DNA of 64,000 nucleotides. It comes from an uncultured Clostridium sp. GTDB lineage: Bacteria; Bacillota; Clostridia; Oscillospirales; CAG-272. The stretch spans positions 316 through 64,315 of the forward strand of contig CAZGJC010000002.1 in NCBI GenBank assembly GCA_964526505.1, given 5' to 3'. This document shows positions 30,041 through 40,651 of this stretch, piece by piece. The notes beneath the pieces are model-generated. The model ran no database searches, was not told the origin of the DNA, and was given only the letters and a program-made list of their open reading frames with translations. How positions within the stretch are numbered: the first letter of the stretch is position 1; every line of letters begins with the position of its first letter. The translations under genes and the position numbers were made by a program.

Positions 30041-32416
30041 ATGCATAAATCATCACGGAAGGGGAGATACACAGTGCAAATATTCAAGAATCGCATATTA
30101 TTTTGTGCAAATATGCTTTTTATTGCATTTTCTGTGGTGTTTTTCGTTTGCGGTGATATGTTTATATTTGGAACGTTCTGTATTTGCACGGTCTTAATAT
30201 GCGTTTGTATGCTGTTGCTGCTGTTGAGAAAAATAAATTTTGTAAAAATTTTTTCATTGGTACTTTGTTTGATATTTATTATTACGTCGTCCGTTGTATC
30301 TCATATGTATTTTGATGTAGTGTACGAAAAATACGGTTCTATTGATGAGGGATCAAGTTGCAAGGTTGAGGCTGTCGTAATATCAAGCACTTATTCCGTG
30401 GGTGGCTCGAGCGAATACACGTTGCGTGTTGAGCGTCTTGATGGGAAAAGTGTTAATGTCAAATCGAATCTGAAATGCGAATATATCGCAAATCTTGCGG
30501 TGGGAAACAGAATACAAGGAACATTCAGCGTTGGACGTTTTGAAGAAAAAATCGGGTCATACCGAGAAAGCGATATGATGTTGGCAGAAGGTGTATTGCT
30601 TTGTATGGTGTCAAAAACAAATGACGATTTTTCGATTATTGCAAAAAGTGATTTTAGCGTTTCGGTAGTATTTTCAAAAATTAACAGCAGACTCGCCACT
30701 CTTATGAAAAGCGTCTTCGGCAGAGAAGTAGGCGGAGTTTCATCTGCCATTTTTCTTGGAAACAAGTCTGTTGTTCCCAAAAATGTGTCGAGAGATTTCA
30801 GTCGTGCGGGAGCGTCGCATATTCTTGCCATAAGCGGTATGCATATGGGAATAATATTCGGGTTTTTGGATTTCATTTTTAAAAGAGCATTCATTCCTTG
30901 CAAGATTCGTGCAGGCATTTTGTCCGTATGTGCGGTTACTTATTTGATTTTTACAGGATTTTCCGTATCGGCAACACGCTCGGTAATTATGTTAATCGTG
31001 GTATATTTATCTATGATTTTATCTCACAGTGCTGATCCGTTAACCTCTCTTTCCATTGCGGGAGTATTTATACTGGCAATTTCTCCCAATGCAGTTGCAG
31101 ATGCCGGATTTTGGATGTCGTTTTGTTCCACGTTCGGAATACTGGTTTTTATTCCGCCCTTGCAACAGTTTTTGTTTGAGAAAACTCAATCGTATTACTC
31201 GAAGTGGAAAATCGTAATAAAACCTATAAAGTTAGTAATAAATTTAATTGCAACGTCAATATGTGCGATAATTCCTTTAATTGTTGTTTTTGCGATTTTT
31301 ACAAAGGAAATGCCTGTTTTTTCGGTTTTATCGTCTCTTGTCCTTTCTTTACCGACTGAGGGCGTTTTAATTTTAACTCCGACATATTTGGCTTTTCGCA
31401 AAGTTCCTGTACTCGGCAAGTGCATTGGTATATTGCTGAAATCTTGCTGTGAATTTATGCTTGAATTTTGCAAAAGAATATCCGAGAGAAATGACTGTAT
31501 TATTTCTTTTAATTATGATTTCGTCTTGCCGTTGGCTACGGTGCTTCTTGCAATATTTTTTGTTTGTTTGCTACTTAAATTCAAACACCGAATTTTCTCA
31601 TTTGTGATAATCGCCGTGAGTGCGTGCCTGTTTTTTGTGCCGGTGTTGATTACTTCATATGAAGATTCACAGTATATACGAATATCATATGTTAATGAGT
31701 CGGATAACCGCAATATGATATTGGCTACAAATGGAGATGAGACGGTTTTATTTGATATAACTCCGGGGTATTATTCAAGTATAAACTGTGCTTATGATGA
31801 GATGAGTAAATTAAACGTAACCGAAATAGATTGCTATGTTATTACCGGATATACGACAGCACATATATCGAGCCTTTCAAAATCTTTTAAAAGTCAGCGG
31901 ATACGCAGGTTGTATGCACCCATACCGAGCAATCAAGACGAATATTTCCGAATGATGTCCATAATGGATTGTGCCAAGAACAATGATGTTCCCTTGGTTT
32001 TTTATAATGACGGAGAGGTTAAAGAGTTTATAAGAGGACTTGATACGCAGATATGCCGTGAATACATAAGTCGCTCAACGTCACCGATAGTTATGATTTC
32101 GTGTGATACAAGCGGTGGGACGCTGACGTACCTTTCGTCGTCATTCGTTGAGTCTGATGCTATGTTTAATAATGTATACGATATAATGGAAAGAACAGAT
32201 TATTTAATTTTCGGTAGCAGAGAACCGTCACCGAAAAATACGTATAAAATCAGAAATGGGACAAATCTGAAAGAAATCATTTTTTCCACAGATGAAGTTG
32301 CGTCATATTATGATGAGACGTCTTTTGTTTTACCGAATACAAAATTGATTTTATCACCACAAATATACAGATATAAATTCGGTTGTGATAACGTAACGGA
32401 AGAAGGAGAACAATAA
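30041..32416 (+). CDS. comEC: DNA internalization competence protein ComEC/Rec2
   Basis: Polytopic membrane protein with the competence-domain motif RAGASHILAISGMHMGI. An alternative GTG start at 30074 follows GGAAGGGGAGA. The C-terminal MBL-like region has degenerate metal motifs (see findings). Confidence 0.88.
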   Translation: MHKSSRKGRYTVQIFKNRILFCANMLFIAFSVVFFVCGDMFIFGTFCICTVLICVCMLLLLLRKINFVKIFSLVLCLIFIITSSVVSHMYFDVVYEKYGSIDEGSSCKVEAVVISSTYSVGGSSEYTLRVERLDGKSVNVKSNLKCEYIANLAVGNRIQGTFSVGRFEEKIGSYRESDMMLAEGVLLCMVSKTNDDFSIIAKSDFSVSVVFSKINSRLATLMKSVFGREVGGVSSAIFLGNKSVVPKNVSRDFSRAGASHILAISGMHMGIIFGFLDFIFKRAFIPCKIRAGILSVCAVTYLIFTGFSVSATRSVIMLIVVYLSMILSHSADPLTSLSIAGVFILAISPNAVADAGFWMSFCSTFGILVFIPPLQQFLFEKTQSYYSKWKIVIKPIKLVINLIATSICAIIPLIVVFAIFTKEMPVFSVLSSLVLSLPTEGVLILTPTYLAFRKVPVLGKCIGILLKSCCEFMLEFCKRISERNDCIISFNYDFVLPLATVLLAIFFVCLLLKFKHRIFSFVIIAVSACLFFVPVLITSYEDSQYIRISYVNESDNRNMILATNGDETVLFDITPGYYSSINCAYDEMSKLNVTEIDCYVITGYTTAHISSLSKSFKSQRIRRLYAPIPSNQDEYFRMMSIMDCAKNNDVPLVFYNDGEVKEFIRGLDTQICREYISRSTSPIVMISCDTSGGTLTYLSSSFVESDAMFNNVYDIMERTDYLIFGSREPSPKNTYKIRNGTNLKEIIFSTDEVASYYDETSFVLPNTKLILSPQIYRYKFGCDNVTEEGEQ

Positions 32417-32898
32417 TGAATGCAAACGAGAAGATTATATTAAGAGCGGAAATTGCAAAAAGGCACTTTATCGAGGGATACAATTGTTCACAATCGGTTG
32501 CACTTGCATTTTGTGACTTGACGGGATTGGAGCAAACTGTGCTTTTAAAACTTTCTTCACCGTTTGGCGGAGGTCTCGGAAGAATGAGAGAAGTTTGCGG
32601 TGCTGTAAATGGAATGGCGTTGATTGAGGGCTTGATTCTCGGTTATACTTCACCGAAAGATATGGTTGAAAAGAAACGTGTATATGAGCAAACACGCTCA
32701 CTTGCCGAGAAATATTCTGCTGAAAACGGATCAATAATATGCCGTGAATTGTTGCTTGGAGTGCCTCATACAAACGGTGCGGTTCCCGAAGAGAGGAATA
32801 TTGAATATTATAAAAAGCGTCCATGTGCAGATCTTGTATACTCGGCGGCAAAAATACTTGCCGAGCATTTGATTGAATGTGGAGTGAAAGGTGTTTGA
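32416..32898 (+). CDS. C_GCAxxG_C_C family putative redox-active protein
   Basis: GYNCSQSVALAF and CGAVNG motifs. The start overlaps the comEC stop. Confidence 0.8.
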   Translation: MNANEKIILRAEIAKRHFIEGYNCSQSVALAFCDLTGLEQTVLLKLSSPFGGGLGRMREVCGAVNGMALIEGLILGYTSPKDMVEKKRVYEQTRSLAEKYSAENGSIICRELLLGVPHTNGAVPEERNIEYYKKRPCADLVYSAAKILAEHLIECGVKGV

Positions 32899-33664
32899 TT
32901 TGAAAATAACCGAATATACAATTAAGACATCCAAAAAAAACGTAAATTTGAATTTCGCCGTTGTTGCCGATTTGCACGCGAAAAATCCTCATAAGATTTT
33001 GGAGACATTGAGACGGATACGCCCGAAAATGATTTTTTGTGCCGGCGATATATTCGAACGTTTTGATAAACAAAACGATGAGTTAAACAAAAACGGATTT
33101 ATATTCTTTGATGGGGCCGTTAAAATCGCACCTGTGTATTATTGCTTTGGAAATCACGAGGTCGAGGGGGAAGAACACGAGAGTTATCCTGTTGTAGCGG
33201 GTTACAAAAGTATACCGAGTGGGGTTTTGGAACATTTAAATGAGTTGGGCGTCCACATTATTTTAGACTCATATGAGTACATATACGACAACATAGCGAT
33301 AGGCGGTCTTGTTTCCGGTCTCAATAGACATGACAGCATGCCGAACTTGAATTTTGCTCATACTTTTGAGAGCATCGATGCATATAAAATTTTGATTTGC
33401 CACCATCCCGAATATTATCCGAAATATCTTGAAAATATGGATTTTGATATTATTTTGTCGGGACATGCACACGGCGGTCAGTGGAGAGTGTTCGGACGTG
33501 GAGTATATGCTCCGGGTCAGGGATTGTTTCCGAAATACACATCCGGTATTTACGGTAATAAACTTGTAGTCAGCAGGGGTTGCAGTAATAACACACGTCC
33601 GATACCGGTGCCGAGATTTTTTAATCCGACGGAAATTTTATCCATAATCGTCAAAAGTGAATAA
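32891..33664 (+). CDS. Calcineurin-like metallophosphoesterase
   Basis: VVADLHA, AGDIFE, FGNHE and SGHAHGGQ motifs. Confidence 0.85.
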   Translation: MFDLKITEYTIKTSKKNVNLNFAVVADLHAKNPHKILETLRRIRPKMIFCAGDIFERFDKQNDELNKNGFIFFDGAVKIAPVYYCFGNHEVEGEEHESYPVVAGYKSIPSGVLEHLNELGVHIILDSYEYIYDNIAIGGLVSGLNRHDSMPNLNFAHTFESIDAYKILICHHPEYYPKYLENMDFDIILSGHAHGGQWRVFGRGVYAPGQGLFPKYTSGIYGNKLVVSRGCSNNTRPIPVPRFFNPTEILSIIVKSE

Positions 33665-33794
33665 ATAGAAGATAAACTCGGTGATGATGCTGGGTTTATT
33701 TTTCATTTGTGTTTGGAAATTCAAAAACGGCGTTAACTTTCCTTGTTTTATACCTATCAATCAGAGAAAAAATAAAATAAAACGGAGGTATGAA

Positions 33795-35828
33795 ATGAGA
33801 AAATTTATAAAAATTACGTTTGTTTTAATAATTGTATTTGCATTGATTACCACGACGCTATCCGTTTCGATTTTGCTGTGTCTTATGAAAAAAAAGAATA
33901 TAGAGGTTGACGAAAATTTACTTAAATTGCCGGATGAAAATGCGAAAACAATACTTTACTATTATGATGACGGAAACGAAGTTCCGCAAATCTTTACCGA
34001 CAGTTTGTCAAGTGGTTCCGCAAAATATAAGTACGTTCCGATAAGTAATATTCCACAAGATATGATAAATGCATTTGTTGCGATAGAAGACAAACGATTT
34101 TTTGAACATCGTGGCGTTGATTTTGCAAGGAGCATGCGTGCGGTTGCCAATTATGTGTTTAAAAAATCGAATTCATTCGGTGCTTCGACAATTACCCAGC
34201 AGGTGGTAAAAAACGTAACGGGCAGAAACGAGCGAACGCCTAAAAGAAAAATAAATGAAATTTTTATGGCATTAAATCTTGAAAAAAAGTACAGTAAATC
34301 GGAAATACTGGAAATTTATATGAACGTTATAAATCTCTCCGACGGGTGTACGGGTGTCGGAGCGGCATCCGAATATTATTTTTCAAAATGTGTTTCGGAA
34401 CTTACACTTGCCGAAATTGCGACAATTGCGTCAATTACGAATAATCCAACTTTATACAATCCGAGACTACATGCCGAAAATACCGTACAACGCAGAAATA
34501 TTGTGCTAAAATGTATGTACGAACAAGGTTATATAAGTTCAGAAGAATATAAAGCGGCTGTTGGTTTGGATTTAAAATTGAATCTGAATATGGATTTGTA
34601 TAAAAAATCGGGAAACTCGTGGTTTACGGAAACTGTTATCGCCGATTTGGTTGACGATTTTACAGGTTGTGGGTACACGAAAAGTTATGCATACAATCAA
34701 ATATATCACGGGGGTCTAAAAGTATACGCCACGGTTAATCCGTCTGTACAAAAATTGCTGGAAGATTACTATGAAAATTTGGATGTAAAAATGAAAACGG
34801 CAAATAAGAAGTTACCGCAATCGGCAATGATAATTGTTGATCCATATAACGGCGATGTTTTGGGTGTGGTCGGTGGAACGGGCAAAAAGAAGGGTGAACT
34901 TATTCAAAACTATGCGACTGATACCCTGCGTCCTCCCGGTTCTGCCATAAAGCCGATATCTGTGTACGCACCTCTTATCGACAGTGGGGATATTATATGG
35001 TCTACAATAGTGGAAGACTCACCTGTGTCATATTCGGGTGGGCGTGCATGGCCTCAGAATGCCAATAGACAATATATCGGAAACACGGATATTGCGGATG
35101 CGTTGGCAAATTCCACCAATACAGTAGCGGTGAAAATGCTTTATAAACTCGGAGCGGGTAATTCGCTACGTTTTCTTAAAGAAAAATTAAAAATCAAAAG
35201 TTTGGTTTCGAAGAGCAAAGATTCCAACGGTGACAGGAATGCGGTATCACTGGCACTCGGTCAGACGGTTTACGGAATATCATTAAGGGCACTTGTTTCC
35301 GCATACGGCATTTTTGAAGAGGGAAATATGAGTGCTTCACGAACATATTATAAAGTTGAGGACTCAAACGGAAATGTTATTTTTGATAAGAGGAACAATC
35401 AGGAAAAAATAATAGAATATGAGACGGCGTCGCTTATGACCAAACTTTTGGAAGGTGTTGTGAAAAATGGCACAGCATCCGGGAAAATATCTCTTGCAAA
35501 TCGAGTGGCGGTTGCAGGGAAAACGGGAACGACACAAGGAAATTGTGACAGATTATTTGTGGGTTATACTCCAAATTTTCTTGCGGGTGTTTGGTGCGGA
35601 TACGATTATCCCGAAGCGATACCATATGAACTGGGAAATCCGTCGATTACCATTTGGAATGAAATAATGAGCAAAATTTATGATTTGGAAGAATATAAAA
35701 ATTTTCCGTGTGATTTCGCTTGTTCCGCAAAAATAAAAATGTTGACTTATAATAAGACGAGCGGAGAATTACATTCTCAAAGAGATAATCCAAACGATTT
35801 GAAAGACGGTTGGTTTGTGACAGAATAA
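33795..35828 (+). CDS. Bifunctional class A penicillin-binding protein (glycosyltransferase GT51 + transpeptidase)
   Basis: The start at 33795 follows GGAGG. GT51 motifs EDKRFFEHRGVD and GASTITQQ. Transpeptidase motifs SAIK, STN and KTGTT. Confidence 0.93.
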   Translation: MRKFIKITFVLIIVFALITTTLSVSILLCLMKKKNIEVDENLLKLPDENAKTILYYYDDGNEVPQIFTDSLSSGSAKYKYVPISNIPQDMINAFVAIEDKRFFEHRGVDFARSMRAVANYVFKKSNSFGASTITQQVVKNVTGRNERTPKRKINEIFMALNLEKKYSKSEILEIYMNVINLSDGCTGVGAASEYYFSKCVSELTLAEIATIASITNNPTLYNPRLHAENTVQRRNIVLKCMYEQGYISSEEYKAAVGLDLKLNLNMDLYKKSGNSWFTETVIADLVDDFTGCGYTKSYAYNQIYHGGLKVYATVNPSVQKLLEDYYENLDVKMKTANKKLPQSAMIIVDPYNGDVLGVVGGTGKKKGELIQNYATDTLRPPGSAIKPISVYAPLIDSGDIIWSTIVEDSPVSYSGGRAWPQNANRQYIGNTDIADALANSTNTVAVKMLYKLGAGNSLRFLKEKLKIKSLVSKSKDSNGDRNAVSLALGQTVYGISLRALVSAYGIFEEGNMSASRTYYKVEDSNGNVIFDKRNNQEKIIEYETASLMTKLLEGVVKNGTASGKISLANRVAVAGKTGTTQGNCDRLFVGYTPNFLAGVWCGYDYPEAIPYELGNPSITIWNEIMSKIYDLEEYKNFPCDFACSAKIKMLTYNKTSGELHSQRDNPNDLKDGWFVTE

Positions 35829-35885
35829 ATTGAGATAAAATGCCATATATTTTAAAACAATCTTTAAATCGGAGATTTTGAATAT

Positions 35886-36404
35886 ATGGCATCGAAATTA
35901 AAAAACAATAAAAGCGAATCGCTTAAAAGAAACGCTGTTATTTGCGGAATAATTTATGCGGCAGTCGGTTTTATCACTCGGATTTTTTCCGTCAGTCCGT
36001 TTGAAACAATTCATATGATGGGACTTGAAGCATATCTGCCACCCATGTGGATTTTCAATCTTTTGTGCATTTTCTGGTTTTTTGTGTGTGGAACGGCTCT
36101 TGGGACGGGGTTGACAAAAAAGTCTTGCGGTAGATTATCATTGAGCGGTGAAATCGGATTTTACAGAGGATGCATTGCATTTACGTCACTCATATTTTTG
36201 ACTTTATTATGGTATCCCAAATTTTTTGAGGGAAATTCGTTCGTTTTTTCATTGATTATCTCGCTCATAGGTGTACTATGCTCTGCCATTTGTGCGGTAC
36301 AATGGAGAGTGGTTGGCGTTTATGAGGTGATAGCAATGTCAGCAAATAGCGTTTGGCTGATATATATATTTCTCGTAAATTTATTAACGGTTTTGAAATG
36401 TTAA
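35886..36404 (+). CDS. Hypothetical polytopic membrane protein (possibly TspO/MBR-like; family uncertain)
   Basis: 172 aa with about 5 hydrophobic segments and several Trp residues. No diagnostic motif recognised. Confidence 0.55.
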   Translation: MASKLKNNKSESLKRNAVICGIIYAAVGFITRIFSVSPFETIHMMGLEAYLPPMWIFNLLCIFWFFVCGTALGTGLTKKSCGRLSLSGEIGFYRGCIAFTSLIFLTLLWYPKFFEGNSFVFSLIISLIGVLCSAICAVQWRVVGVYEVIAMSANSVWLIYIFLVNLLTVLKC

Positions 36405-36469
36405 TGTATTTTTTGATTTATTATACTAATGATTCAAATTTGAATTTTTTAAAACACGGGCAAAATCTA

Positions 36470-36498
36470 TTGACAAAGACGGGATAATGTAGTATAAT
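36470..36498 (+). promoter_or_regulatory. Sigma-A promoter (TTGACA-17-TATAAT) for the lipoprotein gene
   Basis: ttgaca aagacgggataatgtag tataat; about 95-nt leader. Confidence 0.6.
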
Positions 36499-36598
36499 TT
36501 CAATATTAAGTATACAATTGTCGGATATTAGTGTGCAGTGTTGCTTTTGCATCGATTGCACAGAAAATTTATTCCGATTGAAAGGAAGAGTTGTAAAT

Positions 36599-37141
36599 AT
36601 GAAGCATATTAAAATTATCGCAGTATTTTTGCTCATCAGCATTCTTGCTTGTTCATTTGTGGCTTGTGGCAAATCGGATGATGATGCGAATAAAACGGAC
36701 AAGGTAGAAAAAGACACGACGCCTCCACCCGAAGGAACTCAAACCGAGGGGCTTGTCGAACTCACGGTTTCGTTTGTGATAAATGACGGTGCTGGAACCA
36801 ATATTTACAGTGAAACCAATTATAAGTACAAGGGCTTTGACCCCACTATATTCGGCGTAATAAAACAGTATGTTGAGGTTGATATGGGCGGTTCTGTATT
36901 GACTTACGATGATGACGATAAAATGATAGAGTATATAGATGAGTACGGTGCGACTGACAGCAGTTATTGGGTTGCTCTCAAAGGTAAAAAGTTTATAACA
37001 GATCAAAGTGAAGAAATCAGCCTTTCACAGATGTTTAAACCTGAGAATAAAACAACCTTGGACATGTATATCATAAAATCTATGTCTCAGTACAGATTAA
37101 CGGACGGCGAGACATTTACGGTGGTTCTCGGAGCATTGTGA
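36599..37141 (+). CDS. Putative lipoprotein (DUF4430-like C-terminus)
   Basis: The start at 36599 follows AAGGAAGAG. Signal peptide plus lipobox (LACSFVAC-G), a Pro/Thr linker, and a C-terminal ...YWVALKGKKF...LTDGETFTVVLG. Confidence 0.65.
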   Translation: MKHIKIIAVFLLISILACSFVACGKSDDDANKTDKVEKDTTPPPEGTQTEGLVELTVSFVINDGAGTNIYSETNYKYKGFDPTIFGVIKQYVEVDMGGSVLTYDDDDKMIEYIDEYGATDSSYWVALKGKKFITDQSEEISLSQMFKPENKTTLDMYIIKSMSQYRLTDGETFTVVLGAL

Positions 37142-37178
37142 TGTTTAACCGGCAATCGAATACTCTTACAAATAATAA

Positions 37179-37217
37179 AATATTACGGGTGTTATAAAAG
37201 GCACTCGTAATATTTTT
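37179..37217 (+). terminator. Terminator after the lipoprotein gene
   Basis: 13-bp stem with one mismatch (aatattacgggtg/cactcgtaatatt), followed by TTT. Confidence 0.55.
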
Positions 37218-37251
37218 AAACTCAAAATCTGAAATAAAATACGGGGATAGT

Positions 37252-37833
37252 ATGTTAATATCAATTACAGGAAGACTTGGAAGTGGAAAAAGCACCGTGT
37301 GCGGTATTATGAAAAGCAAATATGGATTTGAAATATTCAGTACGGGAGCGATTCAAAGAGAATATGCAAGAAATCTCGGTATCTCTACGCTTGAACTTAA
37401 TAAACGTATGAAGGAAAATCCGCATCTTGATGATGAGATAGACAATATGGTTACGGAATTATCTCGTCAAAGACAAAATGATATGCTTATTTTCGATTCG
37501 AGGATGGCGTGGCATTTTGCGGAAAATACGTTTAAAATCTTTTTGGATATCGAACCCATGGAAGCGGCAAACAGAGTTTTCTATCATAGAAGCAGTTGCG
37601 AAGAATGTTACACCGATGTAAACGACGCCTGCGAAAAACTTGTTGAACGCAGTGCGGTTGAAAGAAAGCGATTTATAGAAATTTACGGTGTTGATTATTA
37701 TGACCCTAATAACTATAACCTTATAGTAGATACTACTCATAAGACTCCCGAAGAGGTTGTTTCTGTAATTATGGAATATTACAAAATTTATTCTGAAAAT
37801 CCGGATACATACGGTAGCGTGAAAGAACTGTGA
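37252..37833 (+). CDS. Cytidylate kinase-like P-loop NMP kinase family protein
   Basis: P-loop ISITGRLGSGKST, with NMP-kinase-like spacing. Confidence 0.75.
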   Translation: MLISITGRLGSGKSTVCGIMKSKYGFEIFSTGAIQREYARNLGISTLELNKRMKENPHLDDEIDNMVTELSRQRQNDMLIFDSRMAWHFAENTFKIFLDIEPMEAANRVFYHRSSCEECYTDVNDACEKLVERSAVERKRFIEIYGVDYYDPNNYNLIVDTTHKTPEEVVSVIMEYYKIYSENPDTYGSVKEL

Positions 37834-37847
37834 ATAAAATATACTAA

Positions 37848-37880
37848 AATGCGGTGTACGAATCCAACGTACACCGCATT
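37848..37880. terminator. Bidirectional terminator between the kinase-like gene and gpmI
   Basis: 13-bp perfect stem aatgcggtgtacg/cgtacaccgcatt, flanked by A/T runs. Confidence 0.8.
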
Positions 37881-37888
37881 TTGTAATT

Positions 37889-39550
37889 TTAATTTAACGT
37901 GATTATGCTTTCGTCCCATTTGTCGGGTGCGTTGTATCCCATAAGGTTTACCATGGTTGCCGCAACATTGGAAAGACCGAACCGACCGTCGTCGGATTTG
38001 ACGTTGTAGTGATTTTTTGCGTCGGTGTTGTCGTATATTATACAAGGAACACGGTTTAGCGTGTGACTTGTTTTTGCTTTCATCTTGCCGTCTTTTCCAA
38101 CTTTGGGGAGTTGTGTTTTCTTGTCCATTTCAAACATTTCGTCTGCATTTCCGTGGTCGGCTGTAATAACCGCAACTCCACCGAGACTGTCTATTACGGG
38201 TAAAATTCTGCCGAGTTGGATGTCAAGTGCTTCCATAGAGCAACGAGTTGCCACAAGAGATCCGGTGTGACCTACCATGTCACCGTTGGGGAAATTTACA
38301 CGCAAATACGTGTATTTCCCGGATTTGAGTGCTTCGATAAGTTTGTCTGTTATTTCGGCACATTTCATCCATGGTCTTTGTTCAAAAGGAACAACGTCTG
38401 ACGGAACTTCAACGTACGTTTCGAGTTCTTCCGAGAATTTCCCCGATTTGTTACCGTTCCAGAAGTACGTAACGTGTCCGTATTTTTGAGTTTCGGATAT
38501 TGCATATTGCGATACGCCTGTTCCGGCGAGATATTCGCCCATGGTTTCCGTGATTTCCGGAGGAGATACGAGATATTTGCGGGGGATGTGGAGGTCGCCG
38601 TCGTATTCAAGCATACCGGCAAATACAACGTGTGGAACTCTTATTCTGTCAAATTTATCAAATTGACCTTCGGGTGCATCGAATGTTTTGGAGATTTCAA
38701 TCGAACGGTCTCCTCTGAAATTGAAAAATATCACGCTGTCTCCATCTTCTATTGTTCCCACAGGCTTTCCGTCTTCGGCGATAACGAAAGGAGGGAGGTC
38801 TTGGTCTATTACATGGTATTCGTCTCTATACGTTCGTACCGCTTGTGCTGCATTTTCAAATTGTCTGCCTTCACCAAGCACGTGAGTTTTCCATCCCAGT
38901 TCAACCATTGCCCAATTTGCTTCGTACCTATCCATAGTTATCTTCATTCTTCCGCCGCCACTTGCTATTTTTATTGAACAGTTTTCATCGGAAAGAGAAG
39001 AAATGTAATCTTCAAAAGGATTTATATAGTCAAGGGCAGATGTCTCTCCAACATCTCTGCCGTCAATCAATATATGAATTCTTATATTGTGTATTCCTTC
39101 GGATTTTGCACGTACTATCATGGATTTGAGGTGGTCTATATGTGAATGAACGTTTCCGTCAGAGAAGAGACCCAAAAAGTGCAATGTGGAATTGTTGTTT
39201 TTAACATTGCCGATTATTTCTTTCCACGTTTCCGATGTGAACATTTTTTCGGTTTCGATGGATTGAGTCACGAGTTTTGCACCTTGTGCGAAAACCTGAC
39301 CCGCACCTAAGGCGTTATGTCCCACTTCGGAGTTGCCCATGTCGTCGTCGGAGGGAAGACCTACTGCGGTTCCGTGTGCTTTAAGTTTAACCATAGGGTA
39401 TTCTTTCATTATTCTGTCAAGGTTTGGAGTATACGCCTGTGCAACTGCGTTTGAAACCGTATCGGGAGCAAGTCCTACGCCGTCCATAACAATTGTGACG
39501 ACAGGACCGTTAACACCCTTAAAAGATGATTTTTCAAGTGTAAGTGCCAT
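37889..39550 (-). CDS. gpmI: 2,3-bisphosphoglycerate-independent phosphoglycerate mutase
   Basis: VTIVMDGVG, MGNSEVGHNALGAG and ITADHGNADEM. Confidence 0.93.
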   Translation of the reverse strand: MALTLEKSSFKGVNGPVVTIVMDGVGLAPDTVSNAVAQAYTPNLDRIMKEYPMVKLKAHGTAVGLPSDDDMGNSEVGHNALGAGQVFAQGAKLVTQSIETEKMFTSETWKEIIGNVKNNNSTLHFLGLFSDGNVHSHIDHLKSMIVRAKSEGIHNIRIHILIDGRDVGETSALDYINPFEDYISSLSDENCSIKIASGGGRMKITMDRYEANWAMVELGWKTHVLGEGRQFENAAQAVRTYRDEYHVIDQDLPPFVIAEDGKPVGTIEDGDSVIFFNFRGDRSIEISKTFDAPEGQFDKFDRIRVPHVVFAGMLEYDGDLHIPRKYLVSPPEITETMGEYLAGTGVSQYAISETQKYGHVTYFWNGNKSGKFSEELETYVEVPSDVVPFEQRPWMKCAEITDKLIEALKSGKYTYLRVNFPNGDMVGHTGSLVATRCSMEALDIQLGRILPVIDSLGGVAVITADHGNADEMFEMDKKTQLPKVGKDGKMKAKTSHTLNRVPCIIYDNTDAKNHYNVKSDDGRFGLSNVAATMVNLMGYNAPDKWDESIITLN

Positions 39551-39678
39551 AAATATTATGTCCTTTCGGTTAAATAAATTTATATCTATATGAGTATAAC
39601 CCCAATTTACCTTTTTTTCAAGTGTAAAATGAAAAAATTTACAAATATTATGGCTTTTATGTAAAATTTTATTTCCTA

Positions 39679-39707
39679 TTGCTTTTTGGACTTAAAAGGT
39701 GTATAAT
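39679..39707 (+). promoter_or_regulatory. Sigma-A promoter (TTGCTT-17-TATAAT, TG extended) for mrp
   Basis: ttgctt tttggacttaaaaggtg tataat. Confidence 0.5.
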
Positions 39708-39751
39708 TATAATATTATATGCAATAAATTATTTTTGATAGGAGATAAAAA

Positions 39752-40585
39752 ATGTCAGAATGTACTCACAATTGTGCAACTTGTGCCAATTCTGGTAATT
39801 GCTCTTCGCAAATTGTTCGTGATGAGGCAAATCCCAAAAGTTCCGTGGGGCATATTATAGCGGTTGTAAGTGGTAAGGGTGGAGTAGGTAAATCACTCGT
39901 TACGTCGATGCTTGCCGTAAATATGAGTCGCCTTGGTTATCGTGTAGGAATACTGGATGCGGATATTACGGGTCCGTCAATCCCGAAAGCGTTCGGACTT
40001 CACGATCCCGTAGAAGGAGACAGAGAAGGCTCGATGATTCCACCTCAAACAACAACGGGTATACAGATGATGTCCGTAAATCTTATGCTTGATGATGAAA
40101 CCAAACCTGTGGTTTGGCGTGGTTCGCTCATATCAACTACCGTACGTCAATTTTGGAAAGACACAATATGGGACGGAATTGACTATTTATTTATAGATTG
40201 TCCTCCCGGAACGGGAGACGTTCCGCTTACGGTATTCCAATATATTCCGATTGACGGTGTGGTTATTGTTTCATCTCCCCAAGAACTTGTGTCTATGATC
40301 GTAAAAAAAGCGGCCAATATGGCGGATATGATGGACGTTCCGGTTTTGGGACTTGTTGAAAATATGAGTTACGTAAAGTGTCCCGACTGCGGAAAAGAAT
40401 TGAAGATATTCGGCGAATCGCATATCGAAGAAATCGCAAAGGAATTCGGATACGACTTGCTGGCAAAAATGCCGATAGATACAGAACTTGCTTCCTATGT
40501 GGATAAGGGATGGATTGAACTTACAAAGGCGGAATACCTAAAAGACGCCACTGAAAAAATAGTTGAAAAATGCAATAAACAATAA
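39752..40585 (+). CDS. Mrp/NBP35 family iron-sulfur cluster carrier ATPase
   Basis: Deviant Walker A SGKGGVGKS, DCPPGTGD, and a Cys-rich N-terminus CTHNCATCANSGNC. Confidence 0.9.
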   Translation: MSECTHNCATCANSGNCSSQIVRDEANPKSSVGHIIAVVSGKGGVGKSLVTSMLAVNMSRLGYRVGILDADITGPSIPKAFGLHDPVEGDREGSMIPPQTTTGIQMMSVNLMLDDETKPVVWRGSLISTTVRQFWKDTIWDGIDYLFIDCPPGTGDVPLTVFQYIPIDGVVIVSSPQELVSMIVKKAANMADMMDVPVLGLVENMSYVKCPDCGKELKIFGESHIEEIAKEFGYDLLAKMPIDTELASYVDKGWIELTKAEYLKDATEKIVEKCNKQ

Positions 40586-40600
40586 CATCAAAGAAAGTAG

Positions 40601-40635
40601 GACTCCGAGGGAAATATCGGAGTTTTACTTGTTTT
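40601..40635 (+). terminator. Terminator after mrp
   Basis: Stem gactccga/tcggagt(t), followed by a T-rich tract. Confidence 0.55.
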
Positions 40636-40651
40636 GAGATAATATGAGGTT

